NCBI GenBank assembly: GCA_963816145.1
Contig: CAWFJP010000004.1
Location: 160,001-224,000 of the forward strand
Direction of reading: 5' to 3'
Origin: an uncultured delta proteobacterium
GTDB lineage: Bacteria; Desulfobacterota; Binatia; UBA9968
DNA length: 64,000 bases
The stretch's first letter is position 1. Every line of letters starts with the position of its first letter. The position numbers and the translations under genes are program-made. The notes under the pieces are model-generated. The model was not told the DNA's origin. It saw only the letters and a list, made by a program, of their open reading frames with translations, and ran no database searches. Below are positions 8,681 to 18,085 of this stretch, one piece after another.

Positions 8681-10256
8681 CTAATGCCGAAAATGCCTCA
8701 TGCCGGTGAAGATCATGGCGATGCCATGTTCGTTGGCGGCGGCGATGACTTCTTCATCTTTGATCGAGCCGCCGGGCTGGATGATCGATTTGGCGCCGCC
8801 TTTGGCGGCTTCGTCGAGACCGTCGCGAAATGGATAAAATGCGTCGGATGCCACCGCCGAGCCTTTGAGATCGAGTCCGTGGGTGGCGGCGCGCAGCACG
8901 GCGATCTTGGTCGAGTCGATGCGGCTCATCTGGCCGGCGCCGACGCCGAGCACCTGGTCGGGGCTCGCGAAAACTATCGTGTTCGATTTCACGTGACGGC
9001 AGACGCGCCAGGCGAAGTCGAGGGCGCGATACTCGTCGTCGGTGGGCTTTCGTTCGGTGACGACCTTGCAGGCGCGCACATCGATCTTGCCGGTGTCCCA
9101 ATCTTGGATCAGCATGCCGCCGCGCACGCGCCGCAGGTCGTAACCGCCAGTCTGCGGCTGGCTCATGTCACATTCGAGCAAGCGGATGTTCAGCAGCCGC
9201 TTCTGCGACGACAGCACGGCCTTGGCTTGCGGGGTAAAGCTCGGAGCGATGACGATTTCGAGAAAAATCTCTTTGAGCTCCAGCGCGGTCTCTTCGTCCA
9301 CCGGCCGATTGAAGGCCAAGACGCCGCCAAAGATCGAAACCGGATCGCAGGCCTTGGCTTTGCGAAACGAGTCGGCGAGGGATTTTGTCGACAGGGCGAC
9401 GCCGCAAGGGTTGTTGTGCTTGATCGCGACGGTGGCGATATCGGAGAATTCCAACACCGTGCTCAACGCCGCGTCGGCATCGAGGATGTTGTTGAAGGAG
9501 AGTTCCTTGCCTTGGAACTGTTTGGCCCGCGAGATCGATGGGCCGGCATCGCCAGTGGTGCCGTAGAAGGCCGCGCTCTGATGGGGATTCTCACCGTAGC
9601 GCATGTCCTGGAGCTTGCTCACTTGGATGTTGACCGTTTGGCCCCAGCGCTGCGGTTTCTTATCGTGGTCGAGTGAAGAAAAGTAGTTGGAAATGGCGCC
9701 ATCGTAGTGCGCGGTGTGCTGGAACGCCTTGCAGAAAAGCCGAAAGTGGGTTGCCGGTAGGAGCGCGCCGTTATTGGCCTTTAATTCGGCGAGAATCGAA
9801 TCATAGTCCGCCGGATCGACGACGACGCCGACATGCTGATGGTTTTTCGCTGCGGCGCGCACCATGCTCGGGCCGCCTATGTCGATGTTTTCAACGACTT
9901 CTTCGAAGGCCGCGCCACGAGCGACGGTGGCTTCGAAGGGATAGAGATTTACCACGACCAAATCGATGGGCTGGATGCCATGCTCTTTCATCTTGGCGAC
10001 ATGTTCGGGATTGTCGCGCAGCGCCAGGATGGCGCCATGAATTTTCGGATGCAGGGTTTTGACCCGGCCGTCCATCATTTCCGGGAAGCCGGTGAGCATC
10101 GGCAACATCCTTGACGGGGATTTTGTTATCGCGCAGCAGCGTCGCGGTGCCGCCAGTAGAGACCAATTCGACCCCCATGGCCGCGAGGGCGCGGGAAAAT
10201 TCGACAATGCCTTGTTTGTCGGAAACGCTGATAAGGGCTCTTTCAATCTTGCCCAC
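8681..10256 (-). CDS. purH: Bifunctional AICAR transformylase/IMP cyclohydrolase, one frameshift near 10100
   Basis: [16 protein letters not shown] (ORF 9891-10256) joins [53 protein letters not shown]. Confidence 0.92.
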
Positions 10257-10270
10257 TGCCGGTAGTCCTC

Positions 10271-11404
10271 CTAGATATTTTTGTGAATGCGGGGAACTCG
10301 AGCGCTGATGGAAGTGAAAATCTCGTAAGAGATCGTGTTTGCCCAGCCGGCGATCTCGTCTGCGCCAATTTCAGCGCTGCCATGATAGCCGAGGAGAACA
10401 ACCTCGTCTCCCTGCTGGACATTTCTAATATCGGTAACATCGATGGTAGTCAAATCCATGCTCACTCTACCGGCTACCGGCGCGCGTTTACCGCGCACCA
10501 AGACTTGCGCGCGGTTGGAAAAAAGCCGGCGGTAACCGTCGGCGTAGCCCACTGGTAAAGTAGCGATCAGGCTGTTTCGTTTCGCCACGAAGGTCCGGCC
10601 ATAGCCGATGCTGGTGCCGGCGGCAACGCGCTTCAATTGGATGATGCGGGTTTGCCAACTCAGCACCGGTTTGAGATCGATCTGCTTCTTGAGCGCAGGT
10701 GCCGGATACATGCCGTAAAGAATCAGCCCCGGCCGCACCATGGCAAAATGCGCATTCGGTTCGGTGATGAGCGCCGCGCTTTTGGACATGTGGCTGGTTC
10801 GATGCATGACGCTGGCTTGTGCGAAACGCTCTAAGACATGGTGGAAACGCGTGAGCTGTTTCTGGGTATATCGTTCGTTTGGGCTCTCGGCGTCGGCAAA
10901 ATGGGAAAACACTCCTTGGAGCTTGACCGCTTTGAGCTTGGCGAGCGCCGGCAACCAAGCGTCGATTCCCCCCGCCGGAAAACCAATGCGCCCCATGCCG
11001 GTATCGACTTCGATTTCGATCGGCAGCGTCGTTTTTAGCTTTAGTAGTCGACTGGCTAAAGCCTTTAAGGTCGCGACTTCATGGACCACCGGCGTTAGCT
11101 GGTATTGCAAAAACTGCGGCAGTTGTTCGAGGTAAACACCGGCGAGCACCAGGATCGGTTGCCTGATGCGCGCCCGCCTGAGTTCGATCCCTTCTTCGAC
11201 CGTGGCGACGCCGAAAGCGTCAGCGCCGGCCGCAGCAAGAGTTTTTGCCACGGCGACGGCGCCATGGCCGTAACCGTTGGCTTTCACCATGGCCAGGATT
11301 TTCACCCGCGCACCGACCAGCGTGCGAACTTGTTTCAAGTTCCAGCGCAAGGCGCGATGATCGATGACGCAGAAGGTGGGCCGCCCTGGCGGGGTGATGG
11401 TCAT
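10271..11404 (-). CDS. alr: Alanine racemase
   Basis: [14 protein letters not shown]-lysine motif, [33 protein letters not shown]. Confidence 0.95.
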   Translation of the reverse strand: MTITPPGRPTFCVIDHRALRWNLKQVRTLVGARVKILAMVKANGYGHGAVAVAKTLAAAGADAFGVATVEEGIELRRARIRQPILVLAGVYLEQLPQFLQYQLTPVVHEVATLKALASRLLKLKTTLPIEIEVDTGMGRIGFPAGGIDAWLPALAKLKAVKLQGVFSHFADAESPNERYTQKQLTRFHHVLERFAQASVMHRTSHMSKSAALITEPNAHFAMVRPGLILYGMYPAPALKKQIDLKPVLSWQTRIIQLKRVAAGTSIGYGRTFVAKRNSLIATLPVGYADGYRRLFSNRAQVLVRGKRAPVAGRVSMDLTTIDVTDIRNVQQGDEVVLLGYHGSAEIGADEIAGWANTISYEIFTSISARVPRIHKNI

Positions 11405-11429
11405 GGAGGACGCGGTTTTCTCGATGGGC

Positions 11430-11774
11430 TTATTTTACTTTCGAACCGGCAAGCGCCGGTTTGTCCGGTGTCAAGACGATCACCTGGTCGCCGCTGGAGG
11501 CGGCGAGCAGCATGCCTTGGCTCTCCATGCCGCGCAGTTTGGCGGTGGCCAGGTTGGCGACGACGACAATCTGTTTGCCGACCAGTTGTTCCGGCGTATA
11601 GTGGCTTCTGATGCCGGCGCAGATTTGCCGCTGTTCGGTGCCGAGATCGATTTGCAGCACCAGCAGTTTATCGGCGTTGGGATGAGGCTCGGCGGCGGTA
11701 ATTGTCGCTACTTTCAGCTCGATCTTTTTGAAATCGTCGATGGCGATGGTGGCGGTCGGTTCCGGATTTTCCAT
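11430..11774 (-). CDS. Stand-alone tRNA-binding OB-fold protein (Trbp111/CsaA/MetRS C-terminal domain)
   Basis: IDDFKKIELKV, HPNADKLL, RQICAGIR..Y, VANL..AKLRG.ESQGMLLAA. Confidence 0.9.
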   Translation of the reverse strand: MENPEPTATIAIDDFKKIELKVATITAAEPHPNADKLLVLQIDLGTEQRQICAGIRSHYTPEQLVGKQIVVVANLATAKLRGMESQGMLLAASSGDQVIVLTPDKPALAGSKVK

Positions 11775-11822
11775 CAGCTGAAAATATCAGAGTCGAATCG
11801 CTAAAAAAAGTAACGAGCTTTC

Positions 11823-11875
11823 TTGACTTGCGATGATTCACTTCATAATAGTAATCATTATCAATTAACAGGAGG
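11823..11875 (+). promoter_or_regulatory. Sigma70-type promoter with overlapping Fur/Per box and RBS for rbr operon
   Basis: TTGACT at 11823; cataatagtaatcattatc (11844-11862) matches the Fur consensus GATAATGATAATCATTATC at 16/19; AGGAGG at 11870. Confidence 0.7.
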
Positions 11876-11882
11876 AAGCTTT

Positions 11883-12308
11883 ATGGCAAAAAGTTTAGCT
11901 GGCACCAAGTCTCACGAGAACCTGAAGGGCGCCTTTGCGGGTGAGTCTCAGGCCAATCGGCGTTACCTTTATTTCGCACGGGTGGCGGATATCGAAGGGT
12001 ACCCTGATGTCGGTGGTTTGTTCCGCGATACCTCGGAGGCGGAGACCGGTCACGCCTTTGGGCATCTCGACTTTCTCAAAGAAGTGGGCGATCCGTGCAC
12101 CGGCGTAGCAATCGGCACCACGGCGAAAAATCTGAAGTCGGCGGTGGAAGGCGAAACCTACGAATACACCGAAATGTATCCGGGCTTTGCCAAGACCGCG
12201 CGCGACGAGGGGTTGCCCGAATTGGCCGAATGGTTTGAAACTTTGGCCAAGGCGGAAAAGTCTCACGCCGGACGCTTCGCCAAGGGTCTCGATACTCTCG
12301 GCAGTTAG
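11883..12308 (+). CDS. rbr: Short rubrerythrin (erythrin, no rubredoxin domain)
   Basis: [39 protein letters not shown] di-iron motifs; ATG 11883 follows the RBS. Confidence 0.9.
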   Translation: MAKSLAGTKSHENLKGAFAGESQANRRYLYFARVADIEGYPDVGGLFRDTSEAETGHAFGHLDFLKEVGDPCTGVAIGTTAKNLKSAVEGETYEYTEMYPGFAKTARDEGLPELAEWFETLAKAEKSHAGRFAKGLDTLGS

Positions 12309-12386
12309 TACCCAGCTTAGTCAATGATGACGGCGGCGGGTAGCGCGAAGCCATTCAACTACCCGCCGCTGTTGCATTTGCCACTC

Positions 12387-12964
12387 ATGAAAAAAATTGC
12401 CCTTGACGATATATTGGGATTTGCCGCCTACGAAAATGTGCGCGAGCAGTTCCGCCGGGAGATCATCGAAAAGAAAAAGCTCCGCCGGGTAGCGGTGGGC
12501 CGGAATATTTCCCTGGTATTCGAAAACCGCGACACGGTGATCTTTCAGATCCAAGAGATGTTGCGCGCCGAACGGATCACCGACCTCGATAAAATTCGCG
12601 AAGAAATTTCCGTTTACAACGAGCTGATTCCCAACCCCGGCGAACTGAGCGCGACGCTATTCATCGAGATCGAAGATCAGACCCATCTGCGCGACGAGTT
12701 GCTGAAATTTCTCGGCATCGACGAAGCCTTGATGTTTCAAAGTTGGCGAACAGCGAATTCCTGGGCGGTTCGAAGAGGGGCGAAGCAAAGAGGATAAGAT
12801 CAGCGCGGTCCAATATGTGCGGTTTGTCGTTCAGCGCGCAGGCCCGACAAGCGTTTATCGCCGGGGCGCCGGCTGAGATTATTATCGACCATGCGAACTA
12901 CCGTGCCAGCGAAGTTCTGAGCGCTGCGGTGCAAGGGTCTTTGGCGCAGGATTTGGCGGATTAG
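12387..12964 (+). CDS. DUF3501 family protein (frameshifted near 12740 and 12825)
   Basis: K.RRVAVG..ISLVFENRDTV.FQIQEMLRAE, YNELIP.PGELSATLFIE; C-terminal IDHANY in another frame; typical rbr neighbour. Confidence 0.75.
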
Positions 12965-13359
12965 TGATGGCGTCAACCCAAAAGCCGGCGCGGAATACCA
13001 GGCAATTGGCGATGGTTTGGCAGGCCATCAAAGACGATAAGTCTCATCCTACCGCGGATCAAGTCTATGATCGCGTACGGCGCAAGTTGCCGAACATCAG
13101 CCTCGGAACGGTATATCGTAACTTACAAAAGCTGGTTGCCTTAAAAAGACTGCAAGTCTTGATGCTCGGCCGCTCCCAACATTTTGATCCGCTGGTGCAG
13201 CGCCATCAGCATTTCATCTGCGAAGTTTGCGAACGTGTCTTCGATGTGATCGTCGAAAGCCATCGGGATATCCGGCCGGCAAAGCTTCCCGAGGAGGGCT
13301 TCACCGTGACATCGCATCACTTGGCCTTCTACGGCACCTGCAAGGGCTGCTCTTCCTAA
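12964..13359 (+). CDS. Fur-family transcriptional repressor (PerR-like)
   Basis: HPTADQVY, ISLGTVYRNL, HQHFICEVC, CKGC. Confidence 0.88.
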   Translation: MMASTQKPARNTRQLAMVWQAIKDDKSHPTADQVYDRVRRKLPNISLGTVYRNLQKLVALKRLQVLMLGRSQHFDPLVQRHQHFICEVCERVFDVIVESHRDIRPAKLPEEGFTVTSHHLAFYGTCKGCSS

Positions 13360-13475
13360 GATTCGACTTTGTTGTAAACCGGCGGGTGCGGCGATAGAGT
13401 TCTCACGTCGCACCCATAATGTCTGGCGCAAGAACGTCAGCGGCGATGCCGTAGCGATGTCCATGAGGAGGAGAA

Positions 13476-14297
13476 ATGAAACGACGAAGTTTTATTGGCG
13501 CCCTCACGAGCTTTCTGCTCCTTCCTCTACGTGAAATTGTCGAAGCGGTGTGCAATCCGTCGGTGGTGCATTTCTTTCATCACGGACGCCAGCTGGTTCA
13601 GACCCGCGGCAATATCGGCAAAAGCCTGGTGCTCGGTTCTTATTTTCTCCAGTGGTATGGCCATTCGAGTTTTTTGATTCACTCCGGCAGCCAAACCAAA
13701 GTCGTCGCCGATCCCAATTTCAATGTGACGCCCGGAATTCAAGCCGACGCGGTGACTGTCAGCAACGATCACTTCACCCATAACAATACCGGCGCGGTGA
13801 CCGGCAATCCGCTGATTCTGCGCGGCATTACTTTCAAACAGACCTGGCAACCGATTCGCACCAGCGTGAAAGATATCACCATCGTCAATATTCCCAGCCA
13901 GCGTAGCGCCAATTGGGGTGCGATTGCCAACTCGATCTTCGTCTATGAGATGGGTAGCCTATGTCTCGCCCATCTGGGCAACATCGGCCACTTGCTCACC
14001 GACGAGCAGGTCAAGGTGCTGCAGCACATCGATGTCATGATGGTGCCGATCGATGCGATGACCAATCTCGGTTTTGAAGATGTCATAAAGGTGATCGACC
14101 AGGTGAAACCGCCGATCGTGATTCCGATGCATTACGATATCGCGCGCCAAGCCGAGCTGTTTGCCGCCTTCGCCAAAGAGCATTACCCGGTCAAGCGCTT
14201 AGCAGAGTCTCAGCTTACGTTAAATCGCTCCATGCTCCCGAAAGCGACCGAGGTCTACGTGCTAGCCCATCCGCGTTCCAATAGTTTCGGTGACTGA
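13476..14297 (+). CDS. Metallo-beta-lactamase-fold protein with twin-arginine-like signal and degenerate metal motif
   Basis: MKRRSFIG; WYGHSSFLI, DP, SNDHFTHN, HLGNIGH, IPMHY. Confidence 0.75.
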   Translation: MKRRSFIGALTSFLLLPLREIVEAVCNPSVVHFFHHGRQLVQTRGNIGKSLVLGSYFLQWYGHSSFLIHSGSQTKVVADPNFNVTPGIQADAVTVSNDHFTHNNTGAVTGNPLILRGITFKQTWQPIRTSVKDITIVNIPSQRSANWGAIANSIFVYEMGSLCLAHLGNIGHLLTDEQVKVLQHIDVMMVPIDAMTNLGFEDVIKVIDQVKPPIVIPMHYDIARQAELFAAFAKEHYPVKRLAESQLTLNRSMLPKATEVYVLAHPRSNSFGD

Positions 14298-14442
14298 TTT
14301 AGCCATTTTCTTCTCTTCAACTTTGCTGCCGCAGTTGGACTTGGCGCCCGGCGTGAGGTATCGACTGCCGATTTCGGGATCAAAAAAACTCGGTGAATCC
14401 AGGTTGATGTTTGGGCATTGTGCCTTATAATACCGGCTATTC

Positions 14443-14823
14443 GTGATAGGTGATTTTTTGAACACTAGAGACACGGCATATTTTCGCAAAATGTTGAGTG
14501 AGCGCATCGATGAGTTGCGCGCCGAAGCCGGCAAGACCGTCGGTACCATGGACGAGGAAGAAAATTTCCCCGATCCCACCGACCGGGCGTCGATGGAATC
14601 TAATCGCAATTCGATGCTGCGCATGCGCGACCGCGAGCGCAAACTCATATTCAAGATACAGGAAGCCTTGGAGCGGCTCGAAGCCGGCGCCTATGGCATC
14701 TGTGAAGAGTGCGGCGAAGAGATCGGCACCGCCCGGCTCAAAGCCCGCCCGGTGACGACGCTGTGCATTCAGTGTAAATCCGACCAGGAAGTCGAAGAGA
14801 GAAAGGCCAAGCGGGTCGTCTGA
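14443..14823 (+). CDS. dksA: RNA polymerase-binding protein DksA
   Basis: FPDPTDRASME, RDRERKL, YGICEECGEEI...RLKARP.TTLCIQCK; start codon uncertain. Confidence 0.92.
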   Translation: MIGDFLNTRDTAYFRKMLSERIDELRAEAGKTVGTMDEEENFPDPTDRASMESNRNSMLRMRDRERKLIFKIQEALERLEAGAYGICEECGEEIGTARLKARPVTTLCIQCKSDQEVEERKAKRVV

Positions 14824-14841
14824 CCGGCCATTTCAAACGCC

Positions 14842-15705
14842 ATGAAACTTCGCAAAGCGGTTATTCCCGTGGCTGGACTCGGCACGCGCTTCTTGCCGGC
14901 AACCAAAACTGTGCCCAAAGAGTTGCTGCCGATCGTCGATATTCCGTCGATCCAGTATGTCGTCCAGGAGGCGATGGAAGCGGGCATCGAAGAAATTATT
15001 TTCGTTACCGGACGCGGTAAAGACGGCATCGAAGATCACTTCGACGAAGCACCGGAATTGGAGCAGGTGCTCACCGAGCGCGGCAACCTTGAGATGGCCC
15101 AGACTCTCCGCAAGATCGCCGAGATGACCGAAGTGGTTTCGGTGCGGCAGAAAAAGCCCCTGGGCCTTGGTCACGCGGTGCTTTGCGCTCGCGATCTAGT
15201 CGGCGACGAGGCGTTTGCGGTGATGCTCGCCGACGACTTGATCGACGCCGAGGTGCCGGGTATCCGCCAGCTGCTCAAGATCTTCGAAGAGACTAACGAA
15301 TCCGTGGTTGCGCTGATGGAAGTGCCGCAAGCCGAGGTGCATCAATACGGCGTCATCAAGGGCCGGGAAATAAAAAAGCGGCTTTACCAGGTTGAAGGGA
15401 CAGTGGAAAAACCGCTGGCAAAGGATGCCCCGTCGCGCATGGCAATCATCGGCCGTTATGTGCTGCGCCCGGAGATCTTCAAGATATTACAAAATCTGCC
15501 GCCGGGGCGGGGCGGCGAGATACAGCTTACCGATGGCCTGGCGCAATTGGTCCGTGAACGGAAAATATTTGGCTGTGAGTTTGTCGGCGACCGTTACGAT
15601 ATCGGCGATAAATTCGGTTTTGTCCGGGCGACCGTGGCCTATGCGTTGAAAAGGCCAGACCTTAGAGATAAAGTGCTCGAGTACCTAAAAACCATCCCAA
15701 ACTAG
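14842..15705 (+). CDS. galU: UTP-glucose-1-phosphate uridylyltransferase
   Basis: KAVIPVAGLGTRFLPATK..PKE, LGLGHAV, VEKP, GEIQLTD. Confidence 0.95.
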   Translation: MKLRKAVIPVAGLGTRFLPATKTVPKELLPIVDIPSIQYVVQEAMEAGIEEIIFVTGRGKDGIEDHFDEAPELEQVLTERGNLEMAQTLRKIAEMTEVVSVRQKKPLGLGHAVLCARDLVGDEAFAVMLADDLIDAEVPGIRQLLKIFEETNESVVALMEVPQAEVHQYGVIKGREIKKRLYQVEGTVEKPLAKDAPSRMAIIGRYVLRPEIFKILQNLPPGRGGEIQLTDGLAQLVRERKIFGCEFVGDRYDIGDKFGFVRATVAYALKRPDLRDKVLEYLKTIPN

Positions 15706-15782
<77 letters not shown>

Positions 15783-16267
15783 AATAATTCTCTTAGCGGC
15801 AACTTTTCGAATACTATCTACCAATATTTCTAGTGGTTATAGCGCAATCTTTGTCACGGTAGTCTAAGTTTACAGCACACAAATTAATTTGCATTGAAGT
15901 GCAGCCGCGGCTGAAAGGTGATCTACCCTTGGCCGACAGTGCGGGAATTCTATTGACCGAGTTTTCATCGTCTTTCATGGATGAGCAGGCGGCGCTCACG
16001 AAAGCCAGCGAATTGGCACCGCGGTACATTAGTTTCGACGGATCCAAGCCAGTGCAAATTTCGAAGCCGCGCTCATGATCCACGTGATGCACGCCAGAAC
16101 TTTGGTGCACCACGGATTATTCGAGTTGATAAGCTCGCCGCCCACTTACTCGCCATGTTCAAGCAGGCCTACGCGAGACTCTAGATTTGCGTCATTCGCC
16201 ATGTCAGCTTTGTCATGTAATAAGCACCGACTAGCGGGCTTCTGTTAGCTGACCGAGGGCTAAAGAC

Positions 16268-16588
16268 ATGGCAATAAAACCGACAGGAATCATCCGGCAA
16301 ATGGGGTGGCGAAGTTTTTTCCAGCTGCTCACCCATCTGCCGAGCTTTGTGAAGCTGTTTTCCCGTTTGATCAAAGATCCGCGAGTCTCCGTCAGCCCCA
16401 AGCTGCTGTTGGCCGGGATCTTGGCCTATGTGATCTTACCCGGCGACCTCTTGCCGGACTTTCTTATCGGTTTCGGACAACTGGACGACCTGGCGGTGAT
16501 CCTCGGCGGCTTAAAGCTATTTCTTAATCTGTGTCCTCGTGAAGTGGTGCAAGAGCACCTGAAGGCGATCGCTGCGCGGACTCGATAA
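16268..16588 (+). CDS. YkvA/DUF1232 membrane protein
   Basis: DPRV...KLL....AYVILPGDLLPDF..GFGQLDD. Confidence 0.85.
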   Translation: MAIKPTGIIRQMGWRSFFQLLTHLPSFVKLFSRLIKDPRVSVSPKLLLAGILAYVILPGDLLPDFLIGFGQLDDLAVILGGLKLFLNLCPREVVQEHLKAIAARTR

Positions 16589-16601
16589 AGTTGCGGACCG
16601 C

Positions 16602-16814
16602 TTAGTGCTTGGCCGTGGCGGCTTTTTCTTCCTTGATGTTGTCGTGGATCAGGCGCGGCACGCCGCCACAGTTGAAGCAGCGGGGCGGCTCATGCTTGGT
16701 CTCGCCTTCGGGATAGCGCATGAAGCGTTTGTAGAAAGGCTTTTCGGTGCCGACAAAGTCATCGTAGTAAAAGGCCAGCTTGCCGCATTCGCTGCACTGT
16801 AGGTACTTCGCCAT
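16602..16814 (-). CDS. Small zinc-ribbon-like hypothetical protein
   Basis: CSECG near the N-terminus and CFNCG near the C-terminus; GAGG RBS upstream. Confidence 0.6.
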   Translation of the reverse strand: MAKYLQCSECGKLAFYYDDFVGTEKPFYKRFMRYPEGETKHEPPRCFNCGGVPRLIHDNIKEEKAATAKH

Positions 16815-17030
16815 CTTGTTCCTCGTGAAACCTTGCCCTCGCGGTTTGCAGAAGAATACTCACGAACTCCGCTAAGGTCAATAACAGCGGCCGGCACGGG
16901 GTTGAGAATTAAGCCGATTTGATGCATGGCTTACTATGCACGGGCGGCGCCGGCATATCTTCGGCACTTGCCGCATAGGCAAATTCAACGGTTTCTTGTA
17001 TAAACTAAATACCCAGGGAGGTTCGAAATC

Positions 17031-17633
17031 ATGGCGATCAAATTGTTTAATTCCCAAACTTCGATGTTTTGCGAAAAGGTCCGGGTGGTCTTCGCGCTGA
17101 AAAAGGTGCCCTACGAAGTCATCGATGTGCGCGCCGACGAGCGCAAGTCGCTGCTCGAATACACCAATCAGCGCAAAGTGCCGACGCTCAATTACAACGG
17201 CGAATGCGTCATCGACTCGACGGTGATCTCGGCGCGGTTGGAGAAGGATCATCCGCAGAACAGCATTTATCCGGAAGGCGCCAATAACAAGGGCCTATGC
17301 TTGGCGATCGAGGACTGGTCCGATGAAGTGTTGGTCCATGCCAACCACGCGATGCGCCGGGCTGACACTCCGGAAGCGAAACAAAAGGCCGAAGCGGAGT
17401 GGGGTACCCTTTTCAATTCCCTCGACCTGATGTATGCCGGCAAGAAATTCATCTTCGACAACAAGATGACCATCGCCGATATCTCGATCTTCTCGCAATT
17501 GCATTATCTCTACACTGCGGTGAAGTATGATGTGCCGGCGCAGTACAAGAACGTTCACGCCTTTCTTGAAAACATGCGTCAAACCTTGAAACTCAAGTCC
17601 TTGGCCGATAGCTTCGATGCCCCGTCGCTCTAG
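17031..17633 (+). CDS. Glutathione S-transferase family protein
   Basis: SMFCEKVR, KVPTL, DSTVI, TIADISIF; GGAGG RBS. Confidence 0.85.
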   Translation: MAIKLFNSQTSMFCEKVRVVFALKKVPYEVIDVRADERKSLLEYTNQRKVPTLNYNGECVIDSTVISARLEKDHPQNSIYPEGANNKGLCLAIEDWSDEVLVHANHAMRRADTPEAKQKAEAEWGTLFNSLDLMYAGKKFIFDNKMTIADISIFSQLHYLYTAVKYDVPAQYKNVHAFLENMRQTLKLKSLADSFDAPSL

Positions 17634-17641
17634 GATCGCCC

Positions 17642-17884
17642 GTGAAGACCGAAGTCATCGTGCCGCGCTTGGGATCGAGCGATGAGAGCGACGAGGTAAG
17701 AATCCTGCGCTGGATCAAAGCTTCCGGGTCGGCCGTCAAGAAGGGCGAAGCGCTGCTCGAAGTCGAGACCGATAAGGTCAACGTCGAGATCGAAGCTCCG
17801 GCGGATGGCACTCTCGCTGAGGTGAGTGCCAAAGAGGGGGACTTCGTCAAATTCGGCGCGGCGGTTGCCGTGATCGATCCGTAG
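17642..17884 (+). CDS. Stand-alone lipoyl-domain protein
   Basis: G..VKKGE.LLEVETDKV..EIEAP.DGTL lipoyl-lysine motif; 80 aa with its own stop codon. Confidence 0.85.
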   Translation: MKTEVIVPRLGSSDESDEVRILRWIKASGSAVKKGEALLEVETDKVNVEIEAPADGTLAEVSAKEGDFVKFGAAVAVIDP

Positions 17885-18085
17885 TTCGCGATAACTCAAC
17901 TGCGCGCGGTTGACGGCAGCCGCGCGCGGACAAACTTGATCCATTTCCGCTCCGGCGAAAATCGTAAATCTTTTGTTTGCCCCGCTCCTATTGGTGACTG
18001 CCGTTATTCTTCTCGACGCGAAGCCTGGTGGGTTGGCTCGCCTTGGGCCAGCGGAGGCCAGCCGCTGGAGCAGCAACGGAGTCTG

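Noticed and set aside
3380-9676. Long antisense ORFs (419 aa at 3380-4639; 467 aa at 8273-9676)
   Set aside because: They lie opposite pepF and purD/purH and have no independent coding signals.
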